Part shown: positions 35,554 to 44,543 of the stretch, piece by piece
Numbering within the stretch: the stretch's first letter is position 1
How the letters are laid out: every line of letters starts with the position of its first letter
Origin: an uncultured Candidatus Saccharibacteria bacterium
GTDB taxonomy: Bacteria > Patescibacteriota > Minisyncoccia > Phycocordibacterales > JACOZG01
Assembly (NCBI GenBank): GCA_964361825.1
Contig: CAYICB010000001.1
Span: 30,644-94,643 of the forward strand
DNA: 64,000 nt
Reading direction: 5' to 3'
Made by a program: the position numbers and the translations under genes
The notes under the pieces: generated by a model
Told to the model about the DNA's origin: nothing
Database searches by the model: none
Seen by the model: only the letters and a program-made list of their open reading frames with translations

Positions 35554-36912
35554 TTATTCACTATATAACCGCCCCCTGATCTGTTCAATTTCTTGTACGA
35601 GATTGGCGTCATTTTTTAAGTCATTTCGAATCTTGTCGTAAGCGTGAATAACTGTGGTATGGTCTCTGCCGCCTAGTTTTTGGCCAATATAAGGGTAAGA
35701 ACTGCTAAAATCTTCTCTTAATAAGTACATTACCACTTGCCGTGGCTTAACCACTTCCTTTTTTCGGGTTTTTTCATACAAAACCTGCTCCTCGATATTG
35801 TAAAATTCAGCCACCACACTGGTTAAACTTTTGACAGAGATAGATTTTTTAGGCTTAATGCTATTTTTTAGCAATACCTTAGCTTCATTAAGGGTAATCC
35901 CCCGCTTTTTTACATAGGCTTGGCAGACCACTGAGTTTAGAGCCCCCTCTAACTCCCTAATATTGTCTTGAACCGAGGAAGCGATGTATTCAAGGATTTC
36001 TTGGTCTAATTCGAACTTAATTGATTGTAGTTTGGCCGTTAAAATTGCCAATCTAGTCTCAAACTCTGGTTTATTGACCCCAATCATCATCCCCCCTTCC
36101 AAGCGGGAACGAACCCGTTCTTCTAGATTAGGGATATGTTTTGGGGCTTTGTCTGAAGAAAAGATCAATTGTTTATTGTTATCTTGAAAATTGTTAAAGA
36201 TATGGAACAGTTCTTCTTGGGTCTTGTCTTTATTGGACAAAAACTGAACATCATCAAGAATCAGAATGTCGTATTTGCGATATTTTTCTTTAAAGGACGG
36301 AATTCTGTTGTTAAGGACAGAATTAACATAATCCAAAGAAAATCTTTCTGAAGTAATGTAGTATCCTTTTTTGTTTGGATGTGTCTTTTTAAAATGATTT
36401 CCTACCGCTTGAATTAAATGGGTTTTTCCTAAGCCGGTTGGTCCATAAATAAATAAGGGGTTATAGGTCGAACCTGGTTGTTTAATTACCGCTTGGGCGG
36501 CCGCATAGGCTAATTCATTAAAGGACCCTACGATAAAGGTGTCAAAGACATATTTGGGATTTAAATTGTCTTCTTTGTTGACGTAAAGGTCATTAAGATT
36601 AAGTTGATTGGTAAAGGGCGGCTTGTCATAGTAGTCTGTCTGATTAGTTTTGTCCTTTTCTTCTGGTTTTTGAATCAAATACTCAATCCCTCTAACCTCT
36701 GGCGATAAGTCGCGGAGAGTTTTGACGATTAGTTTGTGAAATTTGTTGGCTAACCAGTCTTTAGCAAAGGCATTTGGTACGCCCAAGCACACCACGCCAC
36801 CATCTTGTTTAAGAATACAGGTGTTTCGAAACCAAGTGCCAAAATTAGCTTTAGAAATATTGACCTCAATTAACCCTAGAGCGTCAACCCAAAGTTTTTT
36901 GGTATCGATCAT
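35554..36912 (-). CDS. dnaA: Chromosomal replication initiator DnaA
   Basis: YNPLFIYGPTGLGKTHL, DDVQFL, QEELFH.FN, NIRELEGAL, GGRDHTTV; start corrected to ATG 36912. Confidence 0.98.
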   Translation of the reverse strand: MIDTKKLWVDALGLIEVNISKANFGTWFRNTCILKQDGGVVCLGVPNAFAKDWLANKFHKLIVKTLRDLSPEVRGIEYLIQKPEEKDKTNQTDYYDKPPFTNQLNLNDLYVNKEDNLNPKYVFDTFIVGSFNELAYAAAQAVIKQPGSTYNPLFIYGPTGLGKTHLIQAVGNHFKKTHPNKKGYYITSERFSLDYVNSVLNNRIPSFKEKYRKYDILILDDVQFLSNKDKTQEELFHIFNNFQDNNKQLIFSSDKAPKHIPNLEERVRSRLEGGMMIGVNKPEFETRLAILTAKLQSIKFELDQEILEYIASSVQDNIRELEGALNSVVCQAYVKKRGITLNEAKVLLKNSIKPKKSISVKSLTSVVAEFYNIEEQVLYEKTRKKEVVKPRQVVMYLLREDFSSSYPYIGQKLGGRDHTTVIHAYDKIRNDLKNDANLVQEIEQIRGRLYSE

Positions 36913-36989
36913 CGCGTAAAGTATAGTCTTCATTTTGATAAGAGCAACTTGGTTGCCAACCAAACTTTTTTGAGTTAGGATGTAAGACC

Positions 36990-37124
36990 ATGTCATTCAC
37001 TTATAAACCAAAGAAACGCAAACGCCGAACCACTCACGGTTTTTTGGTCAGACAAAAAAGCGCTACTGGTAGGAAAGTTCTTCGTGCCAGACGCCGCAAA
37101 GGACGCCACAAGCTTTCGGTTTAA
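36990..37124 (+). CDS. rpmH: 50S ribosomal protein L34 (missing from the ORF track)
   Basis: [44 protein letters not shown]; divergent from dnaA, upstream of rnpA. Confidence 0.96.
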   Translation: MSFTYKPKKRKRRTTHGFLVRQKSATGRKVLRARRRKGRHKLSV

Positions 37125-37127
37125 GCA

Positions 37128-37472
37128 ATGTTGCCAGCTAAAAATCGGCTTAACCGCGGCCAAATTAAGGAAATTATGGTTCGGGGGCGGTCTTTTTTTT
37201 CTGATCACCTTACTTTTCGTTATGCTCCATTAGGAACAGGTCAGTTGAGTGGTTTTGCCGTGGTGGTGGCCGCTAAGTGGGCCAAAAAAGCCAACGAACG
37301 AAACAAAATCAAGCGATTGATCAAGGTGGTTTTAAGAAATCTCTTGCCCCAAGTAAAAGCCGGTTGGGGTGGGGTCATTTTTTTGAAAAAAAGCGTAACC
37401 CCGGTAACATTAAGGGGTTTAGAAACTGAAGTGAAGCAATTAATTTATCAAACTCCTTTATTTTATAAATGA
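37128..37472 (+). CDS. rnpA: Ribonuclease P protein component
   Basis: MLPAKNRL and KKANERNKIKR (RNR-type motif); synteny with rpmH. Confidence 0.92.
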   Translation: MLPAKNRLNRGQIKEIMVRGRSFFSDHLTFRYAPLGTGQLSGFAVVVAAKWAKKANERNKIKRLIKVVLRNLLPQVKAGWGGVIFLKKSVTPVTLRGLETEVKQLIYQTPLFYK

Positions 37473-38221
37473 AATTTATTTATCAGCAGATTTTTTATCT
37501 CCCCCTCTACAACCTTTTGGCTTTTTTGGCCGAAATGGTGCCAACCCACAATCTTGGTCTCGCGATTATCATCTTAACTTTATTGGTTAAACTGGTCTTG
37601 TTTCCGTTTTATCATAAGACACGGAAAATTCAGCTTAAAATTAAGGCGATTGAACCAGAATTGAAGAAGATCAAACAAGAAAATGCTGGTAATAAGCAGG
37701 CCGAAGCCTTAAAAACGATGGCTTTGTACCGTGAGCACGGGATTAGCCCATTATCTGGGTTCGGTATTATGCTAATTCAGCTACCGATTTTGTTTGCTTT
37801 ATATGGTGTTTTTCGCGAAAGCTTGGCTTTTGATCCCAACCTCCTCTATTCATTTGTGTCTGCCCCAGAAACAGTTAATCATGTTTTGTTTTTCATTGAT
37901 TTAACTAAAGCCAGCTATATTTTGGCAATTTTGGCGGGAATTACCCAGTTTGTGCAAGTAAAATTAGCTTTGCCCGGTACTCCCCCCGCCGACCGCAACG
38001 GTGATGGCAAAACCACTTTTAGTGAGGATTTGGCCCGAAGCATGAATGTCCAAGCCAAATATTTTTTACCAGTAATGATCACCTTGTTTTCTCTTGGTTT
38101 ACCCGGAGCAATTTCTCTTTACTGGGTGGTTGGCAATTTATTTATGATTGCTCACGAACTCTTGGTGAAACACCGAGCTAAGGTGGCGTTTACTGCTCCC
38201 AACTTAAGCTCCACAGTGTAG
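37469..38221 (+). CDS. yidC: Membrane protein insertase YidC
   Basis: GLAIIILT..VKL.L.P, LY.EHGISP, IQLPIL, LYW. Confidence 0.93.
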   Translation: MKFIYQQIFYLPLYNLLAFLAEMVPTHNLGLAIIILTLLVKLVLFPFYHKTRKIQLKIKAIEPELKKIKQENAGNKQAEALKTMALYREHGISPLSGFGIMLIQLPILFALYGVFRESLAFDPNLLYSFVSAPETVNHVLFFIDLTKASYILAILAGITQFVQVKLALPGTPPADRNGDGKTTFSEDLARSMNVQAKYFLPVMITLFSLGLPGAISLYWVVGNLFMIAHELLVKHRAKVAFTAPNLSSTV

Positions 38222-39392
38222 CGTCTGGCCGATTTTGGAAGATTAAACGATTTTCGGCTGGATTTAGGCTCAAACGCGAAGCATCGAGGTTGTTTTGTAA
38301 ACCAAAAACGGTAGAAGTTTCAAAAATGAGGTAGCTCTCGCCGGTGTCGGTATTGATTTGCCAAAAATTGTCTTGCCAAGCAATTTCGCCGCGGTAATAA
38401 GCATCTGGTAGCGGGAGGGGGCTTAATTTTGTTGGAACCGCACAGTAAATTAATTTAGAATCGTTCGTCCAAACACACTTTTCGGCCAAAGTTTGAATGC
38501 CCAATAAAGTGATTTCATTGGTATTTAAGTTAAGCAAACTTAGATTTAAGCCAGCCCCGTTATTGTGGCTATATACTAGCTTGGTGCCGTCTGGACTTAA
38601 GTGGCCAGTTAAGCCAAATGAACCGCCGATTAAGCGAGTGAGTTTGCCGGTGTTTGGATCTAGGTTATAGATTAAACCGGCATAATTGGCCGCCGGCTTA
38701 GTATTTAAAAGGATTGAGCTATTGGTGGGCCAAGACACTAGCCATTCGCTTACCCCAGCGCGAAAGATAACCTTTTTGTTTTCAGGTTTTTGCCAATCTA
38801 AAACTGAACCAATTGCCCCGTCCCCCACTTTCTCTAGGAGGAAAACCTTTTTTTGATCTGGAGACGAAGCGAGAGCAATTAAATTGGGTGAAATTATATT
38901 GCCCGTGCTACTAAGTAAAACTTGACCTCCCGTCTCGGGTTTAATGGCCCAAAAATCAATCGTACTGGTGGCGCCGAGGAAAAATTTAGCCTCGGTTAAG
39001 CCGGGCGCGGTGTAATTGCTTAGGCGGGTGGCCGCATTATTGAGCAAATCTTTCTCATACAAATGGCCGGTAGCTTTATCAAGATAATAAATTTTACTCG
39101 TGGTGGAGCCTTGGTTTAGCTGAAAATCACTAATAGGAGTATCGAGGAGACGATTTAAGCCTTGGCCAAAACTCTGATTGACTAAACTTTCACCAAAACC
39201 GGGCGCTAAAGACTCTTCTGCGGAAGAGTTATTTTCCCCAGTGTCGACCGGAAAGAATTCATCGATGGTGGGTAGATTTGGCGCCGGTGTGGGAGCAATT
39301 TCTCGGTTTTGATAAAGCCAGAAGCCAATTAAGCCAGCGCTTAAAGCGACAAGGATAATGATAATCGTGAGAATTTTTTTAACCGTGCTCAT
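38190..39392 (-). CDS. Membrane-anchored TolB/WD40-like beta-propeller protein
   Basis: N-terminal TM; SPD repeats (SSPDQKK, LSPDGTKL); EKCVW..IYCAVP. Confidence 0.7.
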   Translation of the reverse strand: MSTVKKILTIIIILVALSAGLIGFWLYQNREIAPTPAPNLPTIDEFFPVDTGENNSSAEESLAPGFGESLVNQSFGQGLNRLLDTPISDFQLNQGSTTSKIYYLDKATGHLYEKDLLNNAATRLSNYTAPGLTEAKFFLGATSTIDFWAIKPETGGQVLLSSTGNIISPNLIALASSPDQKKVFLLEKVGDGAIGSVLDWQKPENKKVIFRAGVSEWLVSWPTNSSILLNTKPAANYAGLIYNLDPNTGKLTRLIGGSFGLTGHLSPDGTKLVYSHNNGAGLNLSLLNLNTNEITLLGIQTLAEKCVWTNDSKLIYCAVPTKLSPLPLPDAYYRGEIAWQDNFWQINTDTGESYLIFETSTVFGLQNNLDASRLSLNPAENRLIFQNRPDATLWSLSWEQ

Positions 39393-40462
39393 TTGGGTAA
39401 AATAAAGTTTAGATTGACCAAATTAGGATTAATTTGCTGGAGAATAAGGTAAGCCGCTAGAGCGAGGATAATCCCCTTTAAGATTTCCCATAAACGATCT
39501 TTGGCATCGGTTTTTACCCCCGGAAGAGGGTTAATGGTGTATTGCACCCCCTTCCATACAATAGTGATGATGGCAAAGAGTCCAAGGAGTCCAACGGCTT
39601 GTTTGAAAAGCGCTTTTAAATAGTCTGGTAAATTAGCGATGGGAGTGGAGCCCGTGGCGCCAATCACACCCGGTTCCAACACATTTACCCCACCCACCTC
39701 TTGGGCTAAGGCCACTGGGAGAAGTTTTGGCCAGAAAGAGAAACCATCATTACCAAATTCAATTTGGAGATCACGGGCCGCTTCTTGATTGCTAATCGCT
39801 TTGTTTTTTATCCGCAAGTTTACTGGCGCCACGCCTTCTTTGCCAGAACGATTTTGCAGGATAACCGTGCGGCCGTCTTCGGAGCTGGGGGTAGCTAATT
39901 GGTTATTGATTAGCCAAGAGAAAGCCACTTGGCCACTAGCTAAATTGGCGAGAGAAAAAAAGTATGGTTCGGCGATTAGGGAAAAGGTGTTTTCTGGCAA
40001 ATGCCAAGTGTCGGGTATGGCTAAAGCATAATTTGGTCCAAGCAAGGGTTCGGTTGGGTAAATTAGCGCTTTGGGGCTAACGAGCGATAGATTGAGAGTT
40101 TGTTTGAGCCTAGTTTCTCCGGTGGGCGTTTTGACCTCTACCGTAATAGCATTGCTACCAGTATTGCCGGCGCGGTAAATTAAACTATTTTTGCCTGTTC
40201 CGGAATTGGCGGGTAAATTGTAACCGTCTTTTTGCCAAGTGTAGATTAGGTTTTCTGGTGCCAAATTGGCAATTTGAGCTAGGGCCACCACCTTAACCTC
40301 GCTTTGGCTCGAAGGTAGGGCTTTGCCTCGATAACCTGTGGGGGTGTAAGTTCGCGCTTCCCAGAGCAGGTCGACAAAATTATTGTTTGGCGCTGACTGG
40401 GCTTGAGCGCTGGGAATGAGGGTGATGAGGCTAAACCCCAGGCTTAGAAGAAATTTTTTCAT
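39389..40462 (-). CDS. Secreted Ig-like protein with a C-terminal pilin-like (TrbC/VirB2-type) segment
   Basis: Signal peptide; WEARTYTP..YRGKALP domain; C-terminal IVWKGVQY...AKDRLW...G..LAL.AYLILQQINPNLV. Confidence 0.6.
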   Translation of the reverse strand: MKKFLLSLGFSLITLIPSAQAQSAPNNNFVDLLWEARTYTPTGYRGKALPSSQSEVKVVALAQIANLAPENLIYTWQKDGYNLPANSGTGKNSLIYRAGNTGSNAITVEVKTPTGETRLKQTLNLSLVSPKALIYPTEPLLGPNYALAIPDTWHLPENTFSLIAEPYFFSLANLASGQVAFSWLINNQLATPSSEDGRTVILQNRSGKEGVAPVNLRIKNKAISNQEAARDLQIEFGNDGFSFWPKLLPVALAQEVGGVNVLEPGVIGATGSTPIANLPDYLKALFKQAVGLLGLFAIITIVWKGVQYTINPLPGVKTDAKDRLWEILKGIILALAAYLILQQINPNLVNLNFILPK

Positions 40463-40787
40463 TTAATTTTTTTAAGGCTGGCATTCGATCTTCTAATTTT
40501 ACCATAACTATTAGACCAATAACGCCAGCCGTGATGGTGGGTAACCAGCTGACAAAGGGAATAAATTCTAAAACGGCACTGGTGGCGGCGGTGGCCAAAC
40601 GCCCGGGATGCATAAAACTGGCGCCCCGGAGGTAAAACCATAAGGAAAAAGTTAACCAAGCAAATAAACTGGAGACAAAATTGACTATTGGCACAAAACT
40701 AAGTAAATCAAAAAATAAAGCGACACTAATGAGAAAAAATCCCTGAAGCCAGTCGATGCGGGTTTTCTTTTTGGCGTTTTCGTCCAT
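40431..40787 (-). CDS. Small membrane protein of the secretion-like cluster
   Basis: Three to four TM segments; LEFIPFVSWLP motif. Confidence 0.65.
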   Translation of the reverse strand: MDENAKKKTRIDWLQGFFLISVALFFDLLSFVPIVNFVSSLFAWLTFSLWFYLRGASFMHPGRLATAATSAVLEFIPFVSWLPTITAGVIGLIVMVKLEDRMPALKKLNEKISSKPGV

Positions 40788-40790
40788 AAC

Positions 40791-42623
40791 TTAGGGCGTT
40801 TTGGGCTTATCTTCGGTACTAAGTTCGAGCTCTTGTTTGGCCTTTTTGATGGCGAGGAGTTGCGAGGGATCCGAGGTAATAATTTGGTCTTCGGTATAGG
40901 AGGCAATAATTTTGATCGCCACATGTTTGAGGCCGGCGAAAAAGATTCCCTCCCCCACATTACTCTCGAGAAGTAAGAATTTTTCTTCATCAGTGAGTTG
41001 GAAGGTTTGCTGAACCAGATCGATGGAGGCCGGCGACTGCTTGAGCAAGAGTTGGATGGAAGAGTTGGTGATGATTGGTAGGCCATATTCTGAACGCAAG
41101 AAATCCCCCACATCTTGTGTGATAGTGGCCACGCCGAGATAATATTTACGCCCGCGCTTAACGAGCGAGAAGAGGAAGGAGGCGGTATCGGGCGCCTTCA
41201 TCATCCACCACGCCTCATCAATCACTAGCAAGCGCTTTTTTAGATTTCGTCTGATGGAGTTCCAGATATTATGCATCACAATATACATCGCCACCGGCTT
41301 GAGCTCATCCTCCATGTCGCGCACTGAGAACACCACAAACTTTTTATTAATATCCACATTGGTGGGTTGATTGATGAAACCGGCCCAAGTGCCTTGAGTA
41401 TATTTGAGCAAGCGTTGCGCCAGCGGCGCCCCACCCTCCATGCCAGCGAGCACCAACTCCAGATCCGAGAGGAGGGGCGCTGGTTTATTACCAAAATTAG
41501 AATCGGGGGTAATATCTTTGAGGGCATAGGTTTCGGTAATCGCGGCGTCTAAAATAGCGTCCTCCTCGCTCGTGAGACCGCCGAGCATAATTCTAAAAAG
41601 GCCCACCAAATTGATGATATTAGAACGCAAAACATCGGCCGGCGACTCATCTTCTCTGGGGTAAGGCAAGTCGAAAGGGTTAATGTGGTGCTCGGAAGTG
41701 AGCGAGATATTGAAATAGCGCCCGCCAACCGCCTCGGCCAAAAATTCGTATTCTCGCTCGGGGTCAATGACGATAATGTCGGTATCAAACATCAGCGAGC
41801 GCAAAATCTCTAACTTGGTGGCATAAGATTTGCCCGAGCCCGATTTGGCAAAAATCACCGAATTGTAGTTCTCGAGGGAAAAGCGGTCGAAGAGTACGAG
41901 CGAAGAATTGTGGCGGTTAATGCCGTATAAAATACCCTTGTTGGAAGTAAGATCGAAGGAAACGAAAGGGAATAAGCTCGAGAGGGGCGAAGAGTTAAGC
42001 TTATAATTAATCTCTAACAGATCTTGAGAGACAGGCAAAACACTTTTGAAGCCCTCCGCTTGTTGAAATAGGGCGGGTTTGAGGTAAACCAGCTTGGCGT
42101 CGAGAATTGACTTGACCTCGGTCTCGGTTTTGTCGAGCTCATCCTCGGTTTCGCCATAAATGGTGATATATAGCCCGACGTCAAAGATCTTTTCCCGCGC
42201 TTGCTGGAGGGAGTCGCGTAGACTCTCGATATCTTCGTAAGCGGTATCAAGAATGGGGTCGCGCACCATCCCCTTACCCTCCTTGATACTGATTTGGCTT
42301 TGGACTTCGGCCACCTTTTTCTCTAATTGCTTGAGGGCGATTGAAGTATCAATGGGGTGGATGAGAATAGAAACATCAAAGATTTTGTCCAGATTGATAA
42401 CGGGCGAGAACCAATCACCGGCCAAAAATCGGGGGTAAGAAATTACGAAAAAGGTGCGCGCCAGCTTATCGCCCAAATTGAGGACTCGGGGCGTAATCTT
42501 AAGCGCCGAAGGCGCAATAATATCGCGGAGCTCCAGCACGCCCAATTCATAAATATCTTTGGGTAAAACGGGTGATAAACCCACTTTTTCCTCGGTTTTT
42601 TTGCCAAAATTAAATAAAGCCAT
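40791..42623 (-). CDS. VirB4-like ATPase
   Basis: FDRFSLENYN, AKSGSGKS, IDPEREY, INPFD, IDEAW, KRGRKY, TQDV.DF. Confidence 0.9.
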   Translation of the reverse strand: MALFNFGKKTEEKVGLSPVLPKDIYELGVLELRDIIAPSALKITPRVLNLGDKLARTFFVISYPRFLAGDWFSPVINLDKIFDVSILIHPIDTSIALKQLEKKVAEVQSQISIKEGKGMVRDPILDTAYEDIESLRDSLQQAREKIFDVGLYITIYGETEDELDKTETEVKSILDAKLVYLKPALFQQAEGFKSVLPVSQDLLEINYKLNSSPLSSLFPFVSFDLTSNKGILYGINRHNSSLVLFDRFSLENYNSVIFAKSGSGKSYATKLEILRSLMFDTDIIVIDPEREYEFLAEAVGGRYFNISLTSEHHINPFDLPYPREDESPADVLRSNIINLVGLFRIMLGGLTSEEDAILDAAITETYALKDITPDSNFGNKPAPLLSDLELVLAGMEGGAPLAQRLLKYTQGTWAGFINQPTNVDINKKFVVFSVRDMEDELKPVAMYIVMHNIWNSIRRNLKKRLLVIDEAWWMMKAPDTASFLFSLVKRGRKYYLGVATITQDVGDFLRSEYGLPIITNSSIQLLLKQSPASIDLVQQTFQLTDEEKFLLLESNVGEGIFFAGLKHVAIKIIASYTEDQIITSDPSQLLAIKKAKQELELSTEDKPKTP

Positions 42624-42625
42624 AA

Positions 42626-43261
42626 TTAATTGCCACTGGGCATTGAGGCCTCACCCGGATTAAAAATTTTGAAATAAAGCTCCACTAACTCCTCGGTGCC
42701 GAGAGGGATAGCGCGGATGCCAAAACGCCCTAAACCTTGTACTACCACCCCAGCGCGTTGCTCTAGCTGGGTGCGTCGCTCGAGGAAGAGGTCTTGCTCG
42801 GCGGTGGCAGTTTTGGGCTGGCGACCGGGCAAGAAGGAAGCCAGAAAGCCTTTTTTGGTGACATCCACAATAGGTGGATCATAAGGCACCACTACAAAAA
42901 AGGTTTTGGTCATCACATCGGTGGTGAGGGTAAAGTTTTTGATAAAATCGATGTATTCTCTGGTTTGGATTTGGAGTAATTCATTGGTTTGCTCTTTAGC
43001 CCGATCTTGAAGGGTCATTAAATAGGGCTTAATATCGAGCTTGCGCGATTGGATAAAGAGCTGAATTTGGAAGTCGAGCGAATTTAAGAAGTTTTGATAT
43101 TGGAGAATGGTCGCCTCCTTCTCGTCCTCACTTTTTAAGGCAAAGTTGAGAGCCGAAGCGATAAGAACGAGGCGGAGAGAATTATTTTTGAGCACCACTA
43201 CCCCGTCGCGGATCTCGCGAATGGGGACAAAATCTTGCGTGGGCTCGGCAACTTTGGCCAT
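42626..43261 (-). CDS. VirB4-associated protein (TraC-like N-domain)
   Basis: TQDFVPI.EIRDG, NFALKS.DE, FLNSLDF; between prgI and virB4. Confidence 0.7.
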   Translation of the reverse strand: MAKVAEPTQDFVPIREIRDGVVVLKNNSLRLVLIASALNFALKSEDEKEATILQYQNFLNSLDFQIQLFIQSRKLDIKPYLMTLQDRAKEQTNELLQIQTREYIDFIKNFTLTTDVMTKTFFVVVPYDPPIVDVTKKGFLASFLPGRQPKTATAEQDLFLERRTQLEQRAGVVVQGLGRFGIRAIPLGTEELVELYFKIFNPGEASMPSGN

Positions 43262-43280
43262 GCCAATTATTATACCGCGT

Positions 43281-43688
43281 TTATTGGATTTTTTCTCTCA
43301 CATCGAGACTCCAAGAGAGGTCGCGCAACCGACTTTGGGATAATTTGGGAATCTTGAAGCCGGTCGCTCCCTCGCTCCCGAGGACAATCTTTTTCCCCAC
43401 GGCCGTTTTCTCCTTGCGCTTCCAGATATACAGCTTTTTGGTAAACAGGTAACGGAAAGCGGCTTCGGTAACCTTAATAAACGGCTGATTATTAACTTTA
43501 TAAAAAGCGAGGAGGAGGCCGAAGGCCACGATAGCGAGAATCAGGGGCCAAGCGATGAGGCGAGGCAAATAGGTGTAGAAGATAAAGGCGCCACCGAGTG
43601 AGCCAGCAATATACACAAATTGCTTGAAGGTCAGCGGACCGAAAATCTTGTCTTCAATCTCAATAAATTGTGGGACTTGGAAGTTCAT
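43281..43688 (-). CDS. PrgI family protein
   Basis: FQVPQFIEIEDKIFGPLT.KQF followed by two TMs. Confidence 0.85.
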   Translation of the reverse strand: MNFQVPQFIEIEDKIFGPLTFKQFVYIAGSLGGAFIFYTYLPRLIAWPLILAIVAFGLLLAFYKVNNQPFIKVTEAAFRYLFTKKLYIWKRKEKTAVGKKIVLGSEGATGFKIPKLSQSRLRDLSWSLDVREKIQ

Positions 43689-43738
43689 GTTAGAAGGTTA
43701 AAAGGCAAAAATCAAAAGGCAAAAATTTAAGTTAAAAT

Positions 43739-43978
43739 TCAAAATTTTTGACCCTTCAATTTTAACACACCAGCCGCTAACATGTTGGCCAACTCGCGCA
43801 CCTCGACGATTAAGGGGTTCACTTTTTCGCCCAAAACTAATCCCGCATCTCTTAGTAAATTTAACCAGTAAACAGTTTCATTGGCGCTTTTTAGCGAAAT
43901 TTCGTAAAATTTTTTGAATTCTAACCGGGAGCATCTTTCTTTGAGATCACTTTTGGCTTTTGAATTGTAATTTTGCAT
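43739..43978 (-). pseudogene. Four-helix-bundle (23S rRNA IVP-like) protein with an apparent internal in-frame deletion
   Basis: DLKERC is joined directly to SRLEFKKFYEISLKSANET.YWL; the family's QL.RS.TSIGAN segment is absent; flanked by 7-bp degenerate repeats. Confidence 0.6.
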
Positions 43979-44024
43979 TTTGACCTTTGACTTTTGAGTT
44001 GGTCAAAGCGCCACTGACAAAAGC

Positions 44025-44540
44025 CTACTTGGCCGGCTCTCGATACGGGTCCGTGGTCGCGGGGCTCGCTTGGGGTGGAATTGGCGCTTGGGTGGCGAGA
44101 TGATCAAGATCGACCTCCTCGCGCGGCACGCGGAAGAGTTTGCTCATTTTCTCATTGAAGATGGTGGCCGAAGCCGGCGCCTTGAGCGGTTGACTAACCG
44201 AGCTCGGCTCGCTGGGCGTAGTGCTGTGGACCTTCTGCAGGGATTCCCGAATCTTGAGAAAAATCTCTTGATTAACTTCAGTCACTATCGCTTTTATCTC
44301 TTCACCACTAATCCCCGGTAAGGCCTTGATTAATCCCTGTTCGTAACTCGCTACAGGGTTAATTCCGATTAAAACGAGGGCCGTTTGATCGGCCAGCTCG
44401 CCAATTTGGTCTAAGTGGAGTTTGTGGTTCAAACCAATTTCCCCTATTGCGCCATCGAGATCAAGATCCCAAATCGCCGCCTTAATATCCTCGGGTAAAC
44501 CCATAAACTTTTTTGCTAATTGTTCGCTATTGTGTTCCAT
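44025..44540 (-). CDS. Conserved hypothetical protein
   Basis: LP.DIK.AI, LHLDQ, V...IF..IRESL and terminal DPYREP motif. Confidence 0.7.
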   Translation of the reverse strand: MEHNSEQLAKKFMGLPEDIKAAIWDLDLDGAIGEIGLNHKLHLDQIGELADQTALVLIGINPVASYEQGLIKALPGISGEEIKAIVTEVNQEIFLKIRESLQKVHSTTPSEPSSVSQPLKAPASATIFNEKMSKLFRVPREEVDLDHLATQAPIPPQASPATTDPYREPAK

Positions 44541-44543
44541 AAA

